This document shows, piece by piece, positions 21,780 through 34,314 of a stretch of 52,313 bases of DNA. Below the pieces are notes generated by a model that searched no databases, was not told the DNA's origin, and was given only the letters and a program-made list of their open reading frames with translations. Source of the DNA: Carpediemonas membranifera BICM (taxonomy: Eukaryota; Protista; Fornicata). Position 1 is the first letter of the stretch, and each line of letters opens with the position of its first letter. The stretch covers positions 666,929 through 719,241 of the forward strand of contig JAHDYR010000005.1 in the NCBI GenBank assembly GCA_019828565.1, written 5' to 3'. Position numbers and translations under genes: made by a program.

Positions 21780-23258
21780 ATGGCAGACTTCCTGACAAAA
21801 CCATCCGGAGCACGGCCCAAGAGAGTGTCTGGGTTCGCACCACGCGACGCATTCCTGCCAGCATGGTGGGGAAGGGCGCGCCGAGGGGAGGCAACCCTGA
21901 CGGTCGAGGAAGATGGCGACTGGATCAAAGTCACGCTGGAGGACCGGGATGCGGAACAAAGCGAGCTGGAAGGAGCAACAGAGCCGCAGGAGGGTAGAGG
22001 AGATGAAGAGCAGACCGACGGGCCAGGCACCGGGCGGGATGGGGAGCCAGCCGCCGAGAGCACGGCGGAGCTAGCTGAAGCCGCCATACCACCAGCCCAG
22101 ATGGTCAACGCATCAGCACAGACAACAAGACGGAAGACCTCTGAGGACACCCGGCTGCCCTCCGGCGCAGCAGAGCGAGCCTACCAGGCGTTGATGCGGG
22201 CAGCGGGCAGTGAACTCGCGCCGGCAGTTCAGGATTGGCTGGCGAGCAGCCGAGCAGCCTCCACGAAGTCGACGAAGGCCTACATCTGGCGGGCATACGT
22301 GACATTCGTCGAGAACCGCGGCCGCTTGGTCGACGGCAAAATCCCCAAGGACCACACGCTCCTCGTCGAGTTCGTGCATGAAGGAGTAACTCGAGGCATG
22401 GCAGCGGCGACGTTGCGTAGCCGAATCTCGGCCGCGGCCGACATTGCGCTCATACAGGGCATCGACCTGAGCAACGGCATTGCGGCCACTGAATGGCGCT
22501 TGATGAGGGACGCAGTGTCTAAGATGGCGAAGGAAGAGAGACGGGAACGAGAAGTAAGCGGTATAGAGAGCGGCGCAGCCACGCTGACGGAGTGAGAGTA
22601 TGCAGCGCTCTGCAGGGCGGAGATCGGCCCCACATGGACCATTGCGGAGCGAAACAAGGCCCTTGCGGTCCTCCAGGTTTGCACCGGAGCGCGCGCCAAC
22701 GAGCTGAACGTCATGGCACACCATTGGCGGCGGAATGAGGACGGGAGCGTCATACTGACCCTGACGAAGTCGAAGAGCAAGAAGTCGCCGGCAGGAACCC
22801 AGGTCAAGCAACTCACGAGAGAACAGTGGGATTCCCCGCTGGGGCGTAAGTTGCAAGCCTACCACGCCATCTGGAAGGCGCGGTGGCCGACGGCGGAATA
22901 CATCTTCCCATCCAAAGAGGGGAAGGCACTGAACGACTCATCCCTCGTCACCGCAACCACAGCGGGTCTGAGGTGCATGGGCATCAAGACGACGTCGCAC
23001 GGCATGCGCAAGTACGCGGCGAAGGCAGCGCTTCTGGCGACGGGAGACATAGCGGAGGTGAGGAAGGTGATCGGACATGTAGAAGGATCCAGGGCGACTG
23101 AGGTGTACATACGTGGTGGCGCGACGGACAGAGTCTCTGGGATGACGGGGCTGACCGCGGGGAGCGGGACTGCCCCTGAGTCCACCGCACCACTAAACGT
23201 ACCCTCTGACTCCACCGATCTGATTGATAAGCTTGGCTTCCGAGGAAGCTCAGTGTAG
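21780..23258 (+). pseudogene. Tyrosine recombinase with in-frame TGA at 22593-22595
   Basis: TGARANEL (catalytic R), SHGMR (HxxR) and GH...TEVY (H, Y). ORFs 21780..22595 and 22713..23258 are in the same frame. Confidence 0.85.
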
Positions 23259-23290
23259 CGTTTAGACTAAGACTTGAGGGTAGAACCTCC

Positions 23291-23335
23291 TGTAGTGGTG
23301 AAAATGGTCTGAACTACTCATAAATAGATTCAACA
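23291..23335 (-). repeat. Putative 45-bp 3' LTR
   Basis: On the minus strand a long PPT (gagggagggagagtgaggaggggtag) is followed by tgttgaat...actaca (TG...CA). The partner LTR is not in the window. Confidence 0.6.
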
Positions 23336-23372
23336 CTACCCCTCCTCACTCTCCCTCCCTCCACGCGCCTGA

Positions 23373-24751
23373 TTAATCAGTTGATGACTTCGCGGACACA
23401 ATGCGACAATGTTCTCGGTGAGCTTGCGCAAACATCTCGTGCGCCTCCATGTACTTCAGAACCACCAGGTTGTCCTTCATATCGTCGTCTGATGTCGTCC
23501 TCCACGTGTCGTCGCTCGGTTCGTATCCAAGCCATCTGATTCTGACTTGCACGGTCTTCTGAGGGTCCTTCAATAGACGCCAGTCTCTGATCTCCTTGAT
23601 ATACGTCTGTTGTCTGTCTTTTGCGCATTCTGCCTTTGCTGTTTCCTCTGTCCACTCTCCTTCTGCGACCTTGAGATGCGAGACATGCTTGGTATAGGAC
23701 TTGTTGGTCTCTGGGTCGCGTACTATGAACGCGTTCCGCTTCTTCGGGGCTCTCTTCGTCACTCTGAGCGGTCCTCTCCACTTCAGCTCGTACTTCTGTC
23801 GCATCTCTGAGTCGCGGTCCACGTAGACCAACGTACCGGCCGATACCTTCGTCTGTTTCCTCGTCTCGCCGTGTCTCGTCTGTGCTTCTCTTGTCTTGGC
23901 TTGGTGTTCGTCTGCTACCTTTTGCCGTTCCTCTCGTCTGCGTTGCTCGTTGGCGAGCATCCGGTCGATTACCCCTACGTCTGATCGTCTGGTCAGGGGC
24001 TCTCCCATCGTCGGTCTCTTCATATCGTGGCCTACCAGCTTCCAGGGCGACGTCCCAGTCGCGCTAGTCCGTGCTCTGTTGATCATCGTCTGGATCATGG
24101 GGATGAGCTGTGCCCACTGCGTCGTCTGCCGGTCGAACATCTCTGTCCTCAGGTGCCGGTTCACCTCTCTGTTGCGCCGCTCTACGATGCCATTGTCTTC
24201 GTGGTGATATGGCGTCGTGACCGTCAGACTGCTGTTCACCTCTCAAGCGAAGGTTCGGAACTCCTGTGAGTCGAACTGGCGGCCTCCGTCGCTGACCCAG
24301 TCCATTGGTGCTGGGAACTGGGTGAGGTAATGCGCCTGTATTGCCGCCACGGTCTCTCTCGTCTTCAAGGTCCGCAAGGGGACTAGTGTCGTCCATCTCG
24401 TGGTCTCTTCGACCATGGTCAAGATGTACTTGAAGTCGCCGTCGGGTCGACCCATCACGATTGAGTCTAAGAAGACGCGAGCGTACGGCTCTGGGGCTGG
24501 CGTGCGGGTTTCTTCTCTATACTCTGCTGGGCCGGTCTTTCCCTCCTTCTGACACGTGTGGCAGTCCGCGATCATCTGTCTCACGTCTTGCTCTGCCGAT
24601 GGCCATCCGAGACCCCGTTGCTCGAGCTGCCAGACTGTCTGGCTCACTCCGAAGTGTCCGATATCCTTGCCGTGGACTTCAGCGAAGCGAGCCTTCTTCT
24701 ATTCTGCGGGGATCTCCTGCTGTCTGTGCTCATCCGGTCCATCGGCCGAGT
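23373..24751 (-). pseudogene. Gypsy integrase-chromodomain fragment (in-frame TGA at 24243-24245)
   Basis: HG...GH...CHTCQ, FLDSI, SDGGRQF, NGIVERRN and chromodomain VRIRWLGYEPSDDTW. Truncated by the LTR at 24752. Confidence 0.85.
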
Positions 24752-24809
24752 TGTGACGCGGTCCTCGCTCTCCTCCCGCAGTTTATGTAAACGTTCAACC
24801 TTCAGCACA
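24752..24809 (+). repeat. Putative 58-bp 5' LTR of element C
   Basis: TG...CA; shares GCAGTTTATGTAAAC with the LTR at 32755; followed by the palindrome AGTGATCACT and a gag ATG at 24830. Confidence 0.65.
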
Positions 24810-24829
24810 GTGATCACTCCTGGTTTATA

Positions 24830-27800
24830 ATGTTGAACCCTCAACAGCCAACGCTAAGTCAATTCACCCTTGAAGAAGCACGGCAATTCTCAAGACACTT
24901 CCGCTTCTTCAAAACCCGAAAGAAAGAAAGAAATTTATGGTGCTTGGATTCTGACCCCGGACTGAGCTTGTTTCCCGTTGTCTTGGAGCTGAGTGCCCCG
25001 GGGTACTGCCTATTTCCCGTGGCAAACTGGTCAGCAGCGTTTGCCTTGGGCTTTCGGTGCTACTGTCTCCGCGGAAAGCCGATTCCAATCGCCCCAGAGG
25101 CCCTGCGGCCATCTCCGTGCAAATATGCTTTCCTGTCTCCCTGAAAGTCCGGCAACTATCCGGGGAGCCTGGGGGTCTGTCCTCGGGGCATTGACAGGCA
25201 GGATCGTCCTGCAGAACCTTGACTATGACACTCCTTGCTTCCCCTGCAGTCCTTGTAGAGCCGTTCAGCCACGGCACCCTCTCGTCTGTCCGGTTCCCCA
25301 ATTCCATGCCCCCTCGACTCTGTTAAGAAGCCTACCCGAAGGCGGGGAAAGTGACTAAGTCCATGCTGTCTACCCCGGTTAGGTGGCGTGGGTCAGCGGC
25401 AGCCCCAGGCACTAGGCCTGGTTGTCCTGTTACCCCTTACAACATTTCGCTTGCACTACATGTCCTTGGTTTCCCATGTCGTTAACAAGGGCGGCAGGGG
25501 CACCTGTGCCCCTCCGACCCCCGTGGCCAGTCCCTGCAGTTTCCTTGGGGTCCCAACGAGTGGTGCAACCATATGAATATGGATTTCCTTGACCTTATCC
25601 TTGCTCTGTCCTTGTTGCATGTCCTTTCTTTCTTATTTCTGGTCTGTCCTTCCTGTTATTTCCTTGCAGTCGTTCCTTCCCTTGCTTTGGTTCCTGGCTA
25701 CCGGGATACGTGGGGCCTTTCCTCACTGATCCCAGGAGCTTAGCACCAGCGAGGGTGGTCCATGGCTGATTCCTTGTCCATCCCTTCCCGGTCCTGGAGT
25801 CAGGGGTTCATGACATGCTTCTATTCCACCTTGAAGCTGTTGTAAACCTTTGCCAGTTCCCGTAGTCCTGCCGTGAGGCCTTCCCAAATGTCCTCCGAGC
25901 CCCATATTATTAGTTGCTGTAATTCTAGGATGGGTCTTTCCTGGTACCATTCGCCCTGGGGGCCCTGCCTTACTTCCAAGTCCTTAGTTTTGTGCTTCGC
26001 TGCTGTCCACAGCTTTGTCCAAGCTTCTCCCCTGTCTACTGCCGGGCATTCACAGATTATGTGCGCTGCCGATCCTAGCCTCTGGCCCTCTGCCCACTCC
26101 CCTGATCATTTCCTGCTTCCTTGCTGGTCCTGGCTTTTCCCTAATGATCCTGTAGAACAGGCTCACCTCCGACTCCTCCGAGCATAGGGGGCATAGTCTG
26201 CTAATTTCTCTCTTCAGGTCAGCGCCTTGGGCCAGCTCTGTGATGGCTCTCATAGGGCCCTCCCCTCTCTCTGCCGACGATGGGGATGGGCTGACATTGG
26301 CTGCAATGGATACAATTCTCTTCCATTCCGCCCTGCTTTGCCCCTTCCCAGCCTTTCGGTCTACCGTAGGCTTACCTTGCAGACACTTGCTTAATTTCCT
26401 TGTCCCCATGATTTCCATTAGTCCTAGTGCCGTACGGCTTTTGCACCGCTTCATCCACCCCCTCCTGATCGTTTCCATGCCATAATCCAGTAGCGCTGGT
26501 TTAGGGGCTCCCTCTCTGGTGCCCTCCAGTAGATGCTGCACTCTCTCCCTAGCTTCCCACATAACCGTGCCCCGCCCCCATTCTCTGTTTCTGACTGGTA
26601 TATCCTGGTCCCTGTAGTTGACTATCCTTTTGACTGCCAGCCATTCCATGTGTGCCTGGAGGTCCACCCATCCATTCATCAGCCTCATGGCTGCGCCCCC
26701 TCCCGGTCCTGTTCCTGCCATGATTCCCTGCCAGTCATTCCAGATCCTTCTACCTCCCGGTGCGTTCCCCCACACCTCGACTCCGAAGAGGATCCTGGGC
26801 CATATATATATTTCCAGTAGTAGCCTGCTCGCTAGTGCTGGCATGTTTGCCCTGGTCCACCCTGCCCATCTCACCAGTCTCTTGTACCTTTCGCTCTGCT
26901 CCTGTTTCCGCCTTATGCAGGCCGACATAGGGTCCTTCCCACTTGCGATCCATAATCCCAGGTATCTCGCCTCCTTCTCTGGCAGTAGTGTTACCCCCTC
27001 GATCCTGACTAGGGCTGTTCTGTCCACGCTAATCATTACACTCTTCTGGGCGTTCACCCTCATTTCACGCTTCTTCAAAACCCACTTCACAACAAGCCAA
27101 CATCACCCCAACGTCCTCCAGTGCCTCACTTCTAGCCAAATCGAGCACTTTCGCTTCACTTCAGGATGTGAGAGCCTGGAGACGGCATCGGACGACGAAC
27201 TTTTGGACCTCATTAACCGATTATGTCGTCCCCGGACGTTAGCCGCAACCATCCGCGCCATTGACGCCCTTCAGCAAGACACGAAAGTCTCCACACTCGA
27301 AGGAGTCTCCAAACTCATCGCGGAGTTCCGCGAATGGCGCTCCCATGCCCAGAAGCTCCTCTCTGACACCGAAGACGCTGATGAAAGCGATTCAGAGAGT
27401 GACCCCGACATTCAGACCCTTAATGCCACACTTCAGAGCCAGAATGAGCGTCAGGACAACCCAGAACCCGAAAGCAAGAACCCGCCGCCCACTCAGACTC
27501 CGAGCGCCCACCGTGGTCTTGATAAGATCATTACGAAGCTCTTCTTCAAGGCCCTTCGCCCTAGATCTCTGTCCACCGCCGTCGAACGCGACTGGCAGCT
27601 GCAAGGCCGCCGCCACGGGTTCGAGAAGCTACTCTCAACGACCCGATCCAGGCTCATCGACGCCATCGACGCAAAGGAGGAGCACGGAGACATCATCGAG
27701 AATCTCTCAACGCTCTCCGTCAGCGCCCCCGTCACCAAGACGCCCGCCACTCGCCCGCCTAGAGGCCCTCCAGGCCCGTGCTCCTGCGGCAAGTGGCATT

Positions 27801-27895
27801 GGAAGTCTGACTGCCCTCAACGCACCCACAACACCAGAGTGGATGGTTCTTGGGTGAGGTCTCCAGTCCGAAATCCAAGCACTTGGGAACCTTGA
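24830..27895 (+). pseudogene. gag of element C, split by a LINE (24830-24917 + 27084-~27840)
   Basis: Removing the LINE and one TSD copy restores FRFFKTHFTT in frame; CSCGKWHWKSDCP knuckle. Confidence 0.8.
24918..27067 (-). mobile_element. 5'-truncated non-LTR retrotransposon (LINE)
   Basis: 16-bp TSD cgcttcttcaaaaccc (24902-24917, 27068-27083) and a (TTTC)4 3' tail. ORF remnant has RT C-terminal motifs (VNAQKS, YLG) and a frameshifted CPLC...HIICEC zinc knuckle. Confidence 0.9.
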
Positions 27896-30800
27896 ACGGA
27901 CCAAGGAACCGAGGGGATAGCTTCGCCACGCGCACAGCGGGCGTTAGCAGCACATAGTCCCCAACGTGGACATCCGGAACAGTATTCTCATCCTCTCCTC
28001 CCCTTCTGCGGAGGACGGACTCCTGGATGCTCCGAGCCTTCTCTCGGGCATGCTCAAGCCACTCGGCCAGCTCCTGCGTGTACTCATCCGCAGTATCCAC
28101 GTCGATCAGCACCTCCGGCTGTATAGCTTCCAGGATCGTGCTCCGCGGGTTCCTGAACTCTCCGAAGGTAAGGGCGTGCGGCGATGTCCCAATCGCAGAG
28201 TGATAGCTGGTGTTGATCGTCTGCTGCACGTACGGCAAGCACTGAGGCCAGCGGCCATACGCGTCCCACTCCATGCACAGCTCCCGCAGGCGCCGTACCA
28301 CCTTCTGGTTACGGCGCTCACACAGGCCGTTCCCTTCCAGGTGATAGGCGAACGTCGTGCGGTGTTCTATATCCAAGGGGCGCATGAGGAGGGCGAAGAT
28401 CTCGTTGCAGAACTCCGTCCCTTGGTCGCTCAGCAGCTGACGAGGCGCGCCATAGCGCGCGATCCAGGCCGTGAGCAGGGCATCTGCGGCTGCTCTGGCG
28501 GTCTTCCTGGTGGACGGAACGATCTCGGTCCACCGAGTAAACTGGTCTACCATCACGAAGACGTACTTGGAGCCATCCTCGGCCTCCGGAGTAACCTTGA
28601 CGGTGTCGATGCTGACTACCGTCGCCATCGTGGTCGCCACTGCCACCTTAAACTGCGGAGTGCCCTTCAGTTTCTGGCAAACGGGGCACTGGCGGATGTA
28701 GTCCGTCGTCTGGCGGTAGCATCCCTTCCAGGCGTAGCCGAGGTCCTTGATCCTCCTTATCGTCTCCTTGATCCCACCGTGGCCCATCATAGGCCCGTGA
28801 ACTCTTGCGAGGATCCACTGCTTGTCCTCTTCTGTCAGTTGGTCCTGTTCAGCTCTAATGCGCACAGCTTCCACCCTGTGGTTCAATGGGTGTTGAACTT
28901 TTACTGAGGAGAAGACTCGACACAAAGGTGTCGAGGAGAAACTCCTTGACTATTAAATATAACGTAAATCTGTGTAACTTTGGGTAGGACCCACAGCCCT
29001 TGACATCAGCTCCTGGCGCTCCTGATCCAGCTCAGCGCGCTCCTCGTCTGTGAAGCTCGGTTCGTCGTCCTCACGGTCCTCCTGGTCCTCGCTGCCGTCT
29101 TCCGGCTGCGATTCCGTCTCGTCGTCGTACTCCGGCTCAAACACGTCGCCCTCATCGTCCATGTAGAGGAACGACGTGTCCTGCGCTAGAGGGTTCTTCG
29201 CATTGCGCCGGTGGCGCTCGACGGCGGCTACAAGTCGGCTTAACGTGTCGGCCACGTTGTTGGTCGCACCGTCTACGTGGACCACGTCGAAGTCAAATGC
29301 GCTGAGAAGCATCGCCCATCTCTCGATCTTGGGACTGGCGGACTCCTTGGTCCGAAAGCGCGTTAGGTTCTTGTGATCGGTCTCGACGATGAACCTCACG
29401 CCGCGTAGGAATCCCTCCCACTTCTTCAGGCCGTATACAATGGCCCAGGCCTCCTGTTCGCCTGTTGTCCAGCGGGACTCGGCAGGTGAGAAGGCCTTGC
29501 TGAAATAGGCCACTGGTCTCTCCTGGCCCTCGACGATGTTCAGCAGGGCTCCTCCGATGCCCTTGATGGACGCGTCGGTTCGGACCACGATGGGGTTGCT
29601 GTAGTCTATGAAGCGCAACAGTCCGGCTGTCTTAAGCGCCTCCTTGGTCGCCACGAACGCTTCTTCCTCCTCCTCGGTTTACTTGAACTTCGTCTTCGGG
29701 CTCGTCAGGGCCGACAGGGGTCGCGTGACCAGGGCTAAGTTCTTCACGAAGGGACGGTAGTACATGGCCATCCCCAAGAACGTTCTCAGGTCTCCCTGGT
29801 TCTTCGGCGTCGTGATATCCAGGATCGGCTGCAACCTCTTCTGGTCAAGGCGAACGCCCTCCGCCGAGATGATGTGGCCGAGGTACTCTATCTCCCTCAG
29901 ACCGATCCGGCACTTCTTCCGATTGAGCTTGAGGCCCAACTCCTCGATGCGTGTCAGCACCATGTCCAGGTTCGTCCTGAACTCGTCCTCTGAAGCTCCG
30001 AACACCATGATATCGTCCTGGAAGACGACGCAGACCTTATAGAGGAGGTCGCAAATCGCGTCTTGCAGAACTGACTGGAAGAAGGCGGGTCCATTAGTGG
30101 GGCCAAATGGCATTCTTGTGAACTCGAATAGGCCATCGTGAGTCACGAACGCCGTCTTGGGCTCGTCGCCCTTGCGCATGCCGACCTGCCAGTACCCCGA
30201 CTTCAGGTCGAGGGAGCCGAAGAACTCCTTCCCCTGCATGCACTGGAGGATTGCCTCGACTCGTTGTAGCGGCATGGCCATGCGCCGCGTGTTGTCGTTA
30301 AGAGCCCGGTAGTCGACGCACAGCCGGTGGGTCCCGTCCTTCTTCTTGACTAAGACTATACCGCTGGCGTACGGGCTGCGGCTCTTGCGAATGATGCCTT
30401 GACGAAGCATCTCCTTGACCTGATCGGACACCATGCTCCTGAGCGGGGGGCTGAGGAATCTCGGGGCATGGTGGTGGACCTTCTCCTCATCGATGAGGTC
30501 GATAGGGAACGGGCGCAAGCGGGCTGGTTCGGCAGGCAAGTCGTCGCCTCCGAACGCCTTTGGGTGAGCCGCCACTGTGGCCGCAAAGGCCGGGTGCACC
30601 AGTTCCTCCGACTCTTCGACGGTCTCATCCACCGTCGGGATGTCGTAAGCGGCCCCCTCAAGGGTCGCGACGGATCCGGGCTGGGGCGCCGTAATGTCGA
30701 ACAACCCCACCCGATCAATGTCGGGGAACCCGACGAGGACGTGTCTCGTCCAGCTGGCGACCTTCGCCCGGGTACGGAACGAGATCGTTCTGTGAATGTA

Positions 30801-31790
30801 CCCCGGGCGCGGGTGAATGGTCAGCCAGATGTCAACCTCCTCCGTTGAGGTGACTTCGCCACCATAGGTCTGTATGGTGTAGGGCTCGGCCAGGGGTGTC
30901 CTCAGAGTCCCCTCGGGGATCATCGACTCTGGGACCAGAGTCTCCGTGGACATAGAGTCCACCCCCACCCGGGTGAGCGGGACTCCCTCCCCGTAGCGCG
31001 TGACGGACATCCGGCCCGTGGTAATCAACAGATTATCGCGCGGTCTTGTTTCGTCCACGGCCTTTTCGTTGCCGATCGTTGCATGCACTGCGCCCCTTCG
31101 GTGTACTTTGCCGTCCTCTCCACGGTACCAACCGTCTAGAAGGGTCTTGGCGCTACAGTCGGCGCATCGGTGTCCTTCCTGGCCGCAAGCGAAGCACTTG
31201 CCGTCCATGCTCTTCGAGGATCCTCCCTTTCGAGCCGGTTTGCGCTCCTTCGCGAAAGATCTGTCTTTCTCCTGCTTGGTATCGGTTCCAGCTGGTCTGG
31301 CCGTGCCGGCATCTCGGTTTGACGACAGACCGTCCTTAGTCCGGGGCTGCTGCATGCCTAGGTCCTTGGCCTTGCGCAGCGTGTCCGCAGCCTCGTCGAA
31401 GATCTCCGCAACGGCTGCGAGGAAGTCTTCAACGCTCTCCGGATGCGGCTTCAGGTGCCGCTTCACCTGCCGTTGCAGGGAGCCTGCGGGTACCGTCCGC
31501 GTGAAGAGCTTGCACGTCTCCTGGGTGTCAGGCTGGTATTCGCCAAGTTGCGAGAACACCTGCAGGAACCTGACGACCTGATCGTTGAACGCGTCGTCCA
31601 CATCCAGGTCCGCCCGCCACTTGACCGCAAGCAGGCGATCCTCGGCTGCCTCGACGGAGTGGGGTTGGACCAGCTTCTCGAGTACCGGTCGGGCTTTGGT
31701 GTCATCCAGTGCGTCCGACAGTTTCAGTTTGGCCCTGACCCGCAAGGCGTTACCCAGTCCGCCATCGAATTCAGCTAAGTCGAAAGACTA
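27840..31790 (-). mobile_element. Gypsy element D: degenerate gag-pol, 3'-truncated, interrupted by a solo LTR
   Basis: CFACGQEGHRCADC, VDSMS, LCVDYR, LDLKSGYWQ, FQDD, TDASIKG, HG...GHGG...CPVC, SDQGTEF and GPFKV. In-frame TAA at 29679. Confidence 0.9.
28877..28995 (-). repeat. Solo LTR of the element I family
   Basis: Reverse complement of 5533-5651 (1 mismatch). Flanks accc/gccc form an imperfect 4-bp TSD whose removal restores the pol frame. Confidence 0.9.
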
Positions 31791-32750
31791 TGTTCGGGGA
31801 TGGATAAAAGGCCAACGGCCTGTCCCAGTAAACTGGTACAGCGCCCCCATCAGCTCAGAAGGAGCGGCCTCAGCTTCCTGTCCGCCAAACTCAAAGGTGC
31901 ATTCATGGATCTCCGCCGGGCGCGAGTGGGAGCCACGCCCAACACAGAGACACTATAAGAGGATAATGAACAGAGATTTAACAGAGAAAGCAGGGAAAAC
32001 CACAGAGAACACCGAGAAGCCGCGACCACTTTTGGTTTTTGGCATGTTCACGGTGAAGGAGGAGTGATCAAGCAGAGGCACAGAGACCAAAGATAGCCCT
32101 CATGCAGGCACTACCTGGAGTGAAGTCAGTCCTAAAATCCCGAGACCACCCAGCGAGAAAATCAGCGTGCATTTTTGGACAGTGCGCCATTTCGCCGTAA
32201 CGCAGTTTACGGCCGAACCAGAGAAAAAGAAGAAAACTGAGACCCCTACACAGTTGCAGGAGCCGCACAAGGCCACGCTGACCGATTTTCAGGACGATAC
32301 ATTAGCCAACTTTTTTTCATGCAGGCGAAAATGGCAACGAAGAATCGCAGCAAAAGTATCAGAGAATTACAGAGAAACAAACAGTGACCGCAGATAACGA
32401 ACATATTTATAGTAAGCAACCATATGACCAACATAGACCATCCGGGAAGCTTTCAGAGACAGTGCATCGACGAACATCCTGAGACCAAATGCAGATATGC
32501 CTCAAAGGTATGCAGAGACCAAAGCAAACAGCAACATACAAATACTAACAGCACCTCCAGCAGATTCAGCAGCGTGCATGGACCACAGCGGCCACACTAG
32601 ACCGACAGTTTTGCCTTTCAGAGGCTGAGACCAGACAACAACAGCACATCAAGAGCAGAGACCGAGCAGAGATCAGAGAATACCAGGGGCAGGTGAGGGT
32701 GGCCGGGCAGTCCACGGATGAGAAGGCCCCCCCCTGCCGCCGCCGACACA
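31791..32750 (-). repeat. Possible long 5' LTR of element D
   Basis: TG at 31791 and CA at 32750; non-coding and AG-rich; ends 26 nt before the probable gag ATG (31765). No second copy in the window. Confidence 0.35.
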
Positions 32751-32754
32751 CCCC

Positions 32755-32827
32755 TGTACCAGCAGAGGTACCTAGAAGTGCAGTTTATGTAAACACATCC
32801 ATTCTCTTCACGCTTAGGGCTCCCACA
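32755..32827 (+). repeat. Putative ~73-bp 5' LTR of element A (5' boundary uncertain)
   Basis: TG...CA; GCAGTTTATGTAAAC motif; palindrome ACAGTTATAACTGT at 32825-32838; ATG at 32844. Confidence 0.55.
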
Positions 32828-32843
32828 GTTATAACTGTAACAA

Positions 32844-33356
32844 ATGGACGTCCACATAACACTCCCAAAGTGTGAAGAGACAGGGTACGAAGCTATTAGG
32901 AAGTTCCAGCACGATTTCCGCCTCGCCAAAACAGTCCATCCGGCGCTTAAGGCATTCCTCTGCCTTTCGCTCCAGGTAACCGACGAACTACGCTTCAGGT
33001 TTGATGTAGAGCCTGAATCCATGTCCGACGACGACATCTTTAGCCATCTCTTCCAACTATCTCGGCCACTCGACGCTACGCTCGCTTTACAAGCACTACA
33101 ACGTCTCTCCTTCCCATCTGGAACCGACAGAGACTTCATCCACAACCTGGGGCTGTTCAACGCCCGGTTCAAGCACGCAGTGGGCCAGATTTTTGAGTTC
33201 GAGCAAGAATTCCTGAGGGAGGAGAAGGACGGCAAGGTGTCTGCGGACCTCACTCCAACCGCGAAGGGTTACCATCGACTCGCGGTGGACGCGTACGTCG
33301 CCTGCCTGAAGCAAGCGAAGGCGGTCTCCGCCGCCAACGTCGCCCGCGACCTCGAA
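32844..33356 (+). pseudogene. gag of element A, N-terminal part
   Basis: Continues in frame at 44668 (RDLE|VVLTLKSIKR) once the transposon and the 2-bp TSD are removed. Confidence 0.8.
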
Positions 33357-33406
33357 CATACTGTAAGAATGGCTAGAGTCTCCCGGGAGATACTCTGGAG
33401 ATACTC
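33357..33406 (+). repeat. Left terminal inverted repeat
   Basis: catactgtaagaatggctagagtctcccgggagatactctggagatactc; reverse complement at 44616-44665. Confidence 0.95.
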
Positions 33407-33691
33407 ATGTGTCAACGCTGGTCAAACCTCGCGATCCAGGCGATCTCAGGCACCTCCAGAACATCTAGAAGGTAGTTATAGAAGCATAAAAGACATGTCT
33501 GGCGTCTTGAAGTATCACATGGTGTCAGTGTTGATAAAAGAGGATAACGCATTTTATGTTGTAAATGTGAAGTGCTCGTTCGAACATGGGATCTTAACAG
33601 CGGTGTTTTATAGCTAATAGCAATGCCCTCTGAAGTTTTCAGCCTCCAGTATCTTCTACTTCCGTATGAATTAATGATTGAATCAGAGATT

Positions 33692-33798
33692 GAGAAAATG
33701 AAGACTTCCCCACAAAAACCAAACATGGGGGGATAATCCATGGGGGTCAAGTACTATCCGTACATACTCAGGTTCTGTGGGGAAGTCTTCATTTTCTC
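33692..33798. repeat. Perfect 23-bp inverted repeat with 61-bp spacer
   Basis: gagaaaatgaagacttccccaca (33692-33714) / tgtggggaagtcttcattttctc (33776-33798). Confidence 0.9.
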
Positions 33799-34314
33799 GC
33801 ATTCGAAAAATCTGCAAAATTTTATCAACGATGAGATGGTCTTGGAAGATTGTGCTAACAACAGAGGTGTAACTAGATCAACAAAGGATCATGGAACCCT
33901 TGGTTTGTCCTAACGCCCGAAACAGTGCCCAAAGAGCTCGTGACACAGGTGAACGCCAGAAAGAAATGAAGTTGCTCAGAGTGTACACCATATTGTCCTA
34001 GTTCCAATACTTTTTACCATTTTCTTCCAGCTGCTTTCGTTGGCGAGTTTCATTTTTTCTTACCGTTACTTCCGCAGTATCTTGCAAGATTCAGGGGGAA
34101 ATTCAAATTCACTTTTCCTTTGAGGGCAAAGCAGAATTGCGCAATAACGCATCAATGGGTATGAGAAGCATAGAATACGTATAAAACTCAGTGTAGTTGC
34201 TGCTCACAACTTTTTGGAGGAAACAGAGCAGCGGAAGCCCCAAACCAAAAATCTTTCACAAACTCTTGTGAAACTTGTGAAATGTGAAAGTGACTTCAGC
34301 AAAAATTCCTGAGC

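Larger units (their letters stand above)
18800..23290 (+). mobile_element. DIRS-like tyrosine recombinase retrotransposon (ends not resolved)
   Basis: Gag-like ORF overlapping an RT/RNase H ORF, followed by a tyrosine recombinase; no DDE integrase or protease. Confidence 0.85.

Noticed and set aside
26618-27895. 425-aa ORF as a single gene
   Set aside because: The first third is antisense LINE sequence; only 27084 onward is gag.
22593-29681. In-frame stops (TGA 22593, TGA 24243, TAA 29679) as readthrough, an alternative genetic code or targeted hypermutation
   Set aside because: Host genes use TAA and TGA as normal stops, and three isolated transitions in decaying elements are too few to support a mechanism.
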